Origin: a virus | Lineage: Duplodnaviria > Caudoviricetes | DNA length: 64,000 nt | Virus record (IMG/VR): IMGVR_UViG_3300012933_000253 | Coordinates: 4,187-68,186 of that record | Strand: one strand, 5' to 3' | In this document: piece by piece, positions 47,045 through 53,936 of the stretch | Numbering within the stretch: position 1 is the stretch's first letter | Layout: the number at the start of each line of letters is the position of its first letter | Program-made: the position numbers and the translations under genes | Notes under the pieces: generated by a model | Told to the model about the DNA's origin: nothing | The model's database searches: none | The model's input: the letters and a program-made list of their open reading frames with translations, nothing else

Positions 47045-48241
47045 ATGGCATTCCCAACAACTCCAACAAATGGACAACAAGCAACTGTTAACGGCATCGT
47101 ATACTCATATGATAGTGACACTAATAGCTGGTCAAGAATCCAAACTACCCTTCCGATTTTAAGTATCGTTACTGACACCTTTTCAGGCGACGGTTTAACT
47201 ACAGCTTTCACATTAAGTACTTCACCTTACGCAAAAGAGTTTATAACTATAAACATCGATGGTGTCCTTCAGCAAAAAAGTGCCTACAGTATTCTTAACA
47301 ACGTAGTCACATTAACTGGGACACCAATTGTAGGTTCAATCATTGAAATAAAAACTACAACTTCATCACCTGCTAGTATTTTAACTGGCTTAGTTTTTGA
47401 TAGCTTTACCGGTGATGGCTCTACTACGGAATATACATTAAGCATTGCACCCACTACTAAAAACTTTACATTAGTATCTGTTGGCGGCGTAGTTCAGCAG
47501 AAATCAACGTATAGTACATCTAGTAATACCTTAACGTTCACAACTGCTCCTCCTAATACTGCGCCAATTGAAATAACAACGTTTGGTCCCGCAATTACTT
47601 CTACTCAAGCAGCAGGTAGCAATACTCAGATTCAATTCAATAATGATAATGTATTGACTGGGTCAAGTAATTTAACCTTTGATTCTTCTACTAATACATT
47701 TGCGACGGGAAACATAACATTAGAAAACGCAGTTGCTTCAGGTAATGTTACTGCTTCTTATTTTATAGGTAACGGCAGTCAGTTAACTAACGTGCCTACT
47801 GCAGGTGTAGTAACAACAAATGCTCAACCCAACATCACAAGTGTTGGCACACTCACTGGACTGACTGTTGCAGGAACAACAACCTTACAACTTGCCGCTG
47901 ATATTTTGACACTCAAAACAGGTGCAACTGGAGTAGTGACACATGATTTATCAGCAGGTGGCGTTTTCTATCACACAGCACCAGCTGCAAACTTTACTGT
48001 TAACTTCACAAATGTGCCAGTAACCGATTCTCGTGTTTTCTTAGCTACTATTTTAGTAACACAAGGAGCATCTGCATACTTACCAACTGCGGTGCAAATT
48101 GAAGGTTCGGCATATACTATTAAATGGTCAGGTGGCACAGCACCTACAGCTAATGCAAACAAGATTGATATCATCTCATTCAGTCTATTACGCACAAGCG
48201 CATCATGGACTGTACTTGGGTCTTCAAGTAATTACAGCTAA
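47045..48241 (+). CDS. Fibre carrier with class A C-terminal domain
   Basis: MAFPTTP anchor; two FTGDG domains; class A C-terminus HDLSAGGVFYHTAPAANFTVNFTNV...IKWSGG. Confidence 0.78.
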   Translation: MAFPTTPTNGQQATVNGIVYSYDSDTNSWSRIQTTLPILSIVTDTFSGDGLTTAFTLSTSPYAKEFITINIDGVLQQKSAYSILNNVVTLTGTPIVGSIIEIKTTTSSPASILTGLVFDSFTGDGSTTEYTLSIAPTTKNFTLVSVGGVVQQKSTYSTSSNTLTFTTAPPNTAPIEITTFGPAITSTQAAGSNTQIQFNNDNVLTGSSNLTFDSSTNTFATGNITLENAVASGNVTASYFIGNGSQLTNVPTAGVVTTNAQPNITSVGTLTGLTVAGTTTLQLAADILTLKTGATGVVTHDLSAGGVFYHTAPAANFTVNFTNVPVTDSRVFLATILVTQGASAYLPTAVQIEGSAYTIKWSGGTAPTANANKIDIISFSLLRTSASWTVLGSSSNYS

Positions 48242-48243
48242 AA

Positions 48244-49107
48244 ATGCTTAGGTTCAATAACTTTAACTCAGGTCCTATATTTGCATCAAAGGCACCTAAA
48301 GGGGCATCTATCACTGCATCGGGCGGCGTAACTTCTACTGTAGGTGGTTATAAATATCACACCTTTACTGCAAGTGATAATTTTGTAGTATCATTCGCAC
48401 CGCCGGGTGCAGCAGTCGATTACATGGTGGTCGCCGGCGGTGGTGGAGGGGGAGGTACTGACGGCAACGGCTCAGCCGGCGGAGGCGCCGGCGGCTATAG
48501 AACTGGTACTGGATTTAGTGTTACTGCACAGACATATGCAGTAGTCGTCGGCGGTGGCGGAGCAGGTGGAACTACCGGAGGCTCAGGTGGCTCAGTTGGT
48601 ACAGCTAGTTCGATATTCAGCATCTCAAGCGCAGGCGGTGGCGGTGGTGCTGGGAGATACGGTGGCGCAAGTAGCGGTGGTTCCGGAGGTGGCGCGGAAC
48701 CCTTCCAAACTACTATTGGATCAGGAAACACTCCGTCAGTCTCTCCTAGTCAAGGCAATAACGGCGGCGCAGCACCTGCGACAACTGCAACCGGAAGACC
48801 AAGTGGTGGCGGTGGTGGAGCAAGTGCAGTAGGAGCTCCTGGAACTGCTGCTGGCGGCGGTAATGGTGGTGCCGGTAGTCAGTGGTTAAACGGTAGCTAT
48901 TACGCAGGTGGCGGTGGCGGTGGTGTAAACTCTACTACACTTATTCAAGGTGTAGGTGGCGCTGGAGGAGGAGCAACCGCAGCATACAACGGTTCTACTG
49001 CTGGAACAGTCAACACAGGTGGCGGTGGCGCAGGCACCGGCGGAAGTTCTGCTCGTGTTGGTGGCACCGGCGGCTCAGGTGTTGTGATTGTTAGATACCC
49101 GATATAA
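48244..49107 (+). CDS. Glycine-rich adhesin tip, class A module 3
   Basis: Starts MLRFNNFNSG; GGYKYHTFTAS then VVAGGGGGG...GGSGVVIVRYPI. Confidence 0.78.
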   Translation: MLRFNNFNSGPIFASKAPKGASITASGGVTSTVGGYKYHTFTASDNFVVSFAPPGAAVDYMVVAGGGGGGGTDGNGSAGGGAGGYRTGTGFSVTAQTYAVVVGGGGAGGTTGGSGGSVGTASSIFSISSAGGGGGAGRYGGASSGGSGGGAEPFQTTIGSGNTPSVSPSQGNNGGAAPATTATGRPSGGGGGASAVGAPGTAAGGGNGGAGSQWLNGSYYAGGGGGGVNSTTLIQGVGGAGGGATAAYNGSTAGTVNTGGGGAGTGGSSARVGGTGGSGVVIVRYPI

Positions 49108-49108
49108 C

Positions 49109-49114
49109 TAAATA
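49109..49114 (+). promoter_or_regulatory. Late promoter motif (TAAATA) heading class A module 4
   Basis: acTAAATA; SD AAGGA; ATG 49131. Confidence 0.55.
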
Positions 49115-49130
49115 CATCTAAAGGATTATC

Positions 49131-49670
49131 ATGGCACTCACACAAATAGAACCCTACTCATTAGATTCTTCTAATAGTTTCACGATGACTAACTTGACAG
49201 TTACCGGCAACGCCACTATCTCAGGTGATATTGTAGGCAATGTGTACGGTGCGCAAGCAAACATAACTAGTCTAGGGACATTAACATCACTGACAGTAAA
49301 CGGTCCTGCGACTTTTCAACAGACTGCTGACATTGTACAAATTAAAGCCGGCGCAACAGGTACAGTAGTACACGATGTTACACTAGGTGGCGTTTTCTAC
49401 CATACCGGAGTAGCTGCTAACTTCACTGCTAATTTTACTAACATGCCTGTGACTAACGCTCGTGCTATCTTATTGTCACTTATTATCGTTCAAGGTACAA
49501 CTCCGTATATGGCTAATGCAATTCAGATTGACGGTGCTGCACATACTATTAAATGGTTAGGGGGCAACGTTCCCACTGGCAATGCGTCTAAGATTGATGT
49601 AGTAAGTTTTAGTTTTTTGAGAACAAGTAATTCTTGGACAGTCTTAGCACAACTATCAAACTTTACATAA
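49131..49670 (+). CDS. Minimal fibre carrier with class A C-terminal domain
   Basis: MALTQIEPYSL anchor; one QANITSLGTL; class A C-terminus HDVTLGGVFYHTGVAANFTANFTNM...IKWLGG. Confidence 0.78.
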   Translation: MALTQIEPYSLDSSNSFTMTNLTVTGNATISGDIVGNVYGAQANITSLGTLTSLTVNGPATFQQTADIVQIKAGATGTVVHDVTLGGVFYHTGVAANFTANFTNMPVTNARAILLSLIIVQGTTPYMANAIQIDGAAHTIKWLGGNVPTGNASKIDVVSFSFLRTSNSWTVLAQLSNFT

Positions 49671-49671
49671 G

Positions 49672-50526
49672 ATGCACAAAGTAAATTCATTCACTAACCC
49701 TTTCTCCAGGGCAGGCTCTCTACCCCTCAGTGCTACAGGAGGAAACGTAACCTACGCCGGTGGCTATACGTATCACACCTACACTACAAGCGGGACATTC
49801 AATGCAACAGGTTCCGGTAAGGTTTCACTTATGATGATTGGTGGCGGTGGCGGTGGCGGCTCAACTAACACAGGTGGCGGCGGCGGCGCCGGTGGATATG
49901 TTTTCAAAAATGAAGTAAATGTTACTCCGGGAGTTTACACTATTACAGTAGGTTCAGGCGGAGCAGGCGCAGGCGCAACAAATCCCGGTTCTCCTTACGG
50001 CAGCGATGGTGTGATTAGATATGGGTCGAATGGTACTGACTCAACTGCGTTCGGGTTCACTGCTGCCGGAGGTGGCGCTGGCGGTAGTGATGTTAGTATT
50101 GGGCAGCCGGGAGGATGCGGCGGCGGCGGAGCCGGAACAGCATTAGGTGGTATATCTACTCAAAACGCAGATGGTGTCGGGTATGCAGGACAAGCAGCAA
50201 ATGGTGGAGGTGGAGGTATCGGTGGCGTGGGTGTCGCAGCCGGCGGTCCAGGGTTAGCAGTAGTAGCTGATGTTACTCGAAATATAGGCGGTGGTGGTGG
50301 AAAAGGCGCCCAAAGTGTTGGTGCTGGTAATAATACATATGGCGGTGGTAACGGCGGCTCACCCGGCGGCTGGAGACAAGAAGGTAGAGTGGATGGATCC
50401 CCTGCCTTAGTCAACACTGGTGCAGGTGGCGGCGCAAGCTCATCAAGTGGTGGTGCATATTACTTCTACTTAGGTCCCGGTGGCGCAGGAGGCACTGGTA
50501 TCGTCATCATCAAATATCCAACATAA
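49672..50526 (+). CDS. Glycine-rich adhesin tip, class A module 4
   Basis: Starts MHKVNSFTNPF; ATGG...GGYTYHTYTTSGTF then IGGGGGGG...GGTGIVIIKYPT. Confidence 0.78.
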   Translation: MHKVNSFTNPFSRAGSLPLSATGGNVTYAGGYTYHTYTTSGTFNATGSGKVSLMMIGGGGGGGSTNTGGGGGAGGYVFKNEVNVTPGVYTITVGSGGAGAGATNPGSPYGSDGVIRYGSNGTDSTAFGFTAAGGGAGGSDVSIGQPGGCGGGGAGTALGGISTQNADGVGYAGQAANGGGGGIGGVGVAAGGPGLAVVADVTRNIGGGGGKGAQSVGAGNNTYGGGNGGSPGGWRQEGRVDGSPALVNTGAGGGASSSSGGAYYFYLGPGGAGGTGIVIIKYPT

Positions 50527-50538
50527 CTAGTCGTTGAG

Positions 50539-50544
50539 TAAATA
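50539..50544 (+). promoter_or_regulatory. Late promoter motif (TAAATA), leaderless class, heading the oxygenase island
   Basis: agTAAATA then 6 nt then ATG 50551; no SD. Confidence 0.55.
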
Positions 50545-50550
50545 CTGATT

Positions 50551-51132
50551 ATGAGCACAATCAGAGAAGTTTTCCCCAAACACATTTACCACAAAGACAA
50601 CGTTTGTTTAGAACAGCTAGACACCTTTAGAAAACGTATCTTTGAGATCCAAGAAGAATTTGGGTATAACTCAAACACACTATTAAATGTGAAGTCTACC
50701 CACTTAACATGCATGTTACTTCACTTAGATCCGGTATTCGCACCACTAGTTGCTCAGATTAACGAAAGTGCAATGGAGTTCGGCACACATATTGGGTACA
50801 ACCCAGAGCATGTCTTCAATATGCATATAGGCAACATGTGGGCTAACGTAAGTGGTAAGGGTGGGTACAACTTCCCGCATACACATCCTGGAAGTATATT
50901 GAGTGGTGCATTCTACATCAACGCTATACCAGAAAACAAGATTGTGTTCTTTGATAATTATATCAATGTTGAAATGCCTACAAATGTAAACACAGAAACA
51001 TACGACCACGTGACATACGATTGTGTTCCCGGTAGATTAGTTATGTTTAAGTCAGACTTACCACACGGCAACCCACCGCAACAATCTGATGGTGAGAAAA
51101 TTATAATAAGTTTTAATATTGCAAGAGGATAA
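50551..51132 (+). CDS. Putative 2OG-Fe(II) oxygenase (TIGR02466-like)
   Basis: NMWAN...G.YN.PHTHP.S.LSGAFY...F.S.L.H......IIISFN; HxH...H metal triad. Confidence 0.8.
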   Translation: MSTIREVFPKHIYHKDNVCLEQLDTFRKRIFEIQEEFGYNSNTLLNVKSTHLTCMLLHLDPVFAPLVAQINESAMEFGTHIGYNPEHVFNMHIGNMWANVSGKGGYNFPHTHPGSILSGAFYINAIPENKIVFFDNYINVEMPTNVNTETYDHVTYDCVPGRLVMFKSDLPHGNPPQQSDGEKIIISFNIARG

Positions 51133-51135
51133 CAT

Positions 51136-51573
51136 ATGAGCAATTTTGCCAGAGTAGATGAGAACGATATAGTAGTTGAGGTCATAGCAGCTTCGCAGGA
51201 TTTTATTAATTCAGGAGCAGTAGGTCCCAAAGAACAATGGATCGAGTGTGCAGTTAATCATACTATTAGAGGAAGATATCCAGGCATAGGTTACACTTAT
51301 GATAGATTCAAAGAAGAATTCTTCCCACCTAAACCACCTGAGTTTCCTAGCTGGGTGTGGAATAATGTTAATGGTCCCGAAGGTAGATGGGTAGCACCGA
51401 TTCCTTTTCCTGGTAATGCAGTTAACGGCAAGACTTACGACTGGGACGAAGCAACTGTATCTTGGATCGAAGTTGATCCATCTTCTGTTGAATTAAAAGA
51501 AGAACCAGTCTTCGTGCAGCTAAATATGGGGACAACATATGTAGCCGCCCCTAATGCTAAACTTCTTCCTTAA
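51136..51573 (+). CDS. Tail-fibre-associated small protein, paralog of 30309
   Basis: MSNFARVDENDIV..VIAASQDFI.SGAVG...W...YPGIGYTYD...FFPP...SW.W. Confidence 0.7.
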   Translation: MSNFARVDENDIVVEVIAASQDFINSGAVGPKEQWIECAVNHTIRGRYPGIGYTYDRFKEEFFPPKPPEFPSWVWNNVNGPEGRWVAPIPFPGNAVNGKTYDWDEATVSWIEVDPSSVELKEEPVFVQLNMGTTYVAAPNAKLLP

Positions 51574-52324
51574 ACATAAACCAATTGTCATCGATGCCTT
51601 CACGTACAAAGAAGAAGTACATGACTTATATGCTCCTGAATTAAGTTCTAGGTTTGTCCCCAAATGGTGGAAAGACCTAGAAACTACTTATTCAATGGAC
51701 CCTTCTTTCCCCCAAATCCAACACGCTACTGCTAAAAAGTGTATAGGCATTATAGAATCATATAAGAATGGTTTTATGATACCATTATGGTCTGACATAG
51801 CTATCAATCTTAATAGAGAAGACGAGCAACGCTCTTATCGATATATGTTTGCAGACCAAGTATCTAATGCAGTGCATCATCATAGCATTCAATATGGGAA
51901 CTTCATCGATGCTGATAGAATACAGCACTTGAAATTGGGTTCTCCTTGGAAACTGCGGGAGAAGTCTGGCGTAAAGTTCTCACTAAATCAACCAACATGG
52001 AATCTAGGCAATCACATGGCTGACTTCTCTGTGATTCCCGGCGTGACTGACTTTAAATATCAGGATTCTACTAACATACAAATGATGCTCTACTACCCTG
52101 AGTCAAATGGCACAAAACGATTATTGATTGAAGCAGGTACCCCGATGTATCATGTCATTCCATTAAGTGATAGACCTGTCAAAATTGTAAAGCATCTAGT
52201 TTCTAAAGAAGAATGGGAAATGTCAGGCAACTCTGCTATCAAATTCAACAATAGCTATAAAGTCAGGAAGACTAGAATAGATAATCAGGAAAGTAAATGT
52301 CCGTTTGGGAGAATGTTTAAATGA
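51554..52324 (+). CDS. Conserved phage hypothetical protein, possibly with a trimeric dUTPase-like beta fold
   Basis: P.WWK, TAKKC.G....GFMIPLWSD and I.AGTP...VIP motifs typical of proteins found near phage oxygenases; fold call is weak. Confidence 0.55.
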   Translation: MLNFFLKHKPIVIDAFTYKEEVHDLYAPELSSRFVPKWWKDLETTYSMDPSFPQIQHATAKKCIGIIESYKNGFMIPLWSDIAINLNREDEQRSYRYMFADQVSNAVHHHSIQYGNFIDADRIQHLKLGSPWKLREKSGVKFSLNQPTWNLGNHMADFSVIPGVTDFKYQDSTNIQMMLYYPESNGTKRLLIEAGTPMYHVIPLSDRPVKIVKHLVSKEEWEMSGNSAIKFNNSYKVRKTRIDNQESKCPFGRMFK

Positions 52325-52521
52325 ATATAGAAAAAGCAACAGTGGTAGACACTAGTGACTACTTCTTTGTCAGTTATAAAGTCACTATCAATGACACTGA
52401 GACCAAAGAAGAACAAGTAGTCGAACCATTTGTAACTGCTACTCAGAAGTTTGAGGGCTTTGACAGTTCAGTTACGTATCGTAATCAAGTTAACAGAATA
52501 CCAATCACAGTTTTTAAATAA
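52321..52521 (+). CDS. Small hypothetical protein
   Basis: 66 aa; ATGA overlap with the upstream gene. Confidence 0.55.
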   Translation: MNIEKATVVDTSDYFFVSYKVTINDTETKEEQVVEPFVTATQKFEGFDSSVTYRNQVNRIPITVFK

Positions 52522-52529
52522 GGAATACA

Positions 52530-52892
52530 ATGGAAGAAGTAAAATGCTCAGAACCTACAATCGCAGTAGGTTGCGTTAGTAATATCTATATCAGAATGAT
52601 GCACTTTCATAAGAAGGGTGACATTGAACAGGGTCATTCACATGAGTTTGACCATGTTAGTTTCCTTTCCCGCGGCTCTGTTCGCATGACAGTTAATGGA
52701 GTTACTAAAGAGTTTTTAGCACCTCATATGATCCTAGTTAAGAAAGACTTAGAGCATGAGATTATTGCTCTAGAGGATGAAACAATTTTATGTTGCATTC
52801 ATGGTCTTAGAGATTTAGATACGGGCGATATCCTTGATGCCAATCAAATCCCGTATGACGATAACCCAAAGTTTAAGGCCCAACCGATTTAA
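52530..52892 (+). CDS. Cupin-domain protein
   Basis: GHSHEFDH...L.RGSV....H.I.ALED cupin motifs; SD AGGA. Confidence 0.78.
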   Translation: MEEVKCSEPTIAVGCVSNIYIRMMHFHKKGDIEQGHSHEFDHVSFLSRGSVRMTVNGVTKEFLAPHMILVKKDLEHEIIALEDETILCCIHGLRDLDTGDILDANQIPYDDNPKFKAQPI

Positions 52893-52894
52893 GT

Positions 52895-53515
52895 ATGATT
52901 GATGACTTCTTTAAATCAATGTATCAGATTGAGCCAACGGTAGTAGAAGATTCAGTATCTACCCATTCGCAGAATGAGATTCGTAATCGATTTTTATCAG
53001 ATAACAGCGCACCTTGGTATTTTACGTATGAATCTACCCAATTGGGTAATAGAGTAGACACACATAGCGTAATGTATCACATGCTCTATTATTACAAATG
53101 GGGTGGTAAGCATAGTGAAATGTTTGAATTATGTAAACCCATCATGTGGGAGATTATTTCAAAAGCAGGACTACCATTCAACGAGTTTTTACAAGTAAGG
53201 GCAGTAGTGCAGTTCCCTATAATAACTGAAAGAACTCACAACTTCATACACACTGACTTAGATTTGGAAGGTGAATACTTTACAGGTGTTTATTATCTGA
53301 ACGATGAAAACGTTGACGGAGATACTATTATTTTCAATGAAACCGATAGAGAAATACAGAAAAGTCAAGTAGCTGAACATTATACTAACTTCACTGAAAA
53401 AATGAGGGTCAGCCCAAAACAAGGAAAAGCTGTAGTTTTCAATGGGCATCAGTATCACGCAAGTACTTTACCCACGAAGTCAGTACGAGGTGTCTTGAAT
53501 TTCTCCTGGAGATAA
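52895..53515 (+). CDS. 2OG-Fe(II) oxygenase (prolyl-hydroxylase-like)
   Basis: HTD (HxD), YYLND..GDT..F, SPKQG..VVF.G..YHAS and R.VLNF: complete HxD...H...R set. Confidence 0.85.
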   Translation: MIDDFFKSMYQIEPTVVEDSVSTHSQNEIRNRFLSDNSAPWYFTYESTQLGNRVDTHSVMYHMLYYYKWGGKHSEMFELCKPIMWEIISKAGLPFNEFLQVRAVVQFPIITERTHNFIHTDLDLEGEYFTGVYYLNDENVDGDTIIFNETDREIQKSQVAEHYTNFTEKMRVSPKQGKAVVFNGHQYHASTLPTKSVRGVLNFSWR

Positions 53516-53528
53516 GGTGTATTTTGAA

Positions 53529-53534
53529 TAAATA
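53529..53534 (+). promoter_or_regulatory. Late promoter motif (TAAATA), leaderless class
   Basis: aaTAAATA then 6 nt then ATG 53541; no SD. Confidence 0.6.
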
Positions 53535-53540
53535 CATATT

Positions 53541-53933
53541 ATGGCGTTAACAACAATCAAAACCACTAGCATCGATGCTTCTGCATCGTTGTCATCAGTA
53601 TTATGTGACAGAATCGACACCTTATTTGACGGTCTCAGATGCGTGTTTCCGTTAACCTCAGGGCAGACGAGTATAAATACTATCACAGATTCCAAAGATG
53701 TACAAGTAATTCTGAATGGGCGACAACTAGACCCTTATGTTACTGAAATCACATTGCCTTGGATGACAGAATACGATGCAGGAAGAGGTTTTAGAGTGGT
53801 CGGAAGCAATCTTTACATATACAATGCCCCGGAATCCGGAGATACTTGCACTGTTATAGTTAACAGCACAAGTAAAACCACTCAATCTCGTAGATACCCG
53901 TTCTCCCCAACAACAATCGCACTAGGACTATAA
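53541..53933 (+). CDS. Small virion/baseplate-associated protein
   Basis: MALTTIK anchor-like N-terminus; FDG...VF.L and V.LNG..L motifs like the FTGDG domains. Confidence 0.6.
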   Translation: MALTTIKTTSIDASASLSSVLCDRIDTLFDGLRCVFPLTSGQTSINTITDSKDVQVILNGRQLDPYVTEITLPWMTEYDAGRGFRVVGSNLYIYNAPESGDTCTVIVNSTSKTTQSRRYPFSPTTIALGL

Positions 53934-53936
53934 CAA

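Noticed and set aside
22916-50417. Many minus-strand and alternate-frame ORFs encoding Pro-rich or Ala/Val-rich peptides
   Set aside because: They are antisense or frame shadows of GGY-rich Gly codons in the + strand adhesin genes, with no SD, promoter or independent motif.
30673-50526. Invertase/shufflon-type tail fibre switching
   Set aside because: All cassettes are on one strand, with no inverted crossover sites and no recombinase gene in the window.
31362-50526. Collagen-like fibres
   Set aside because: Gly occurs in runs and GGxG patterns, not sustained Gly-X-Y triplets.
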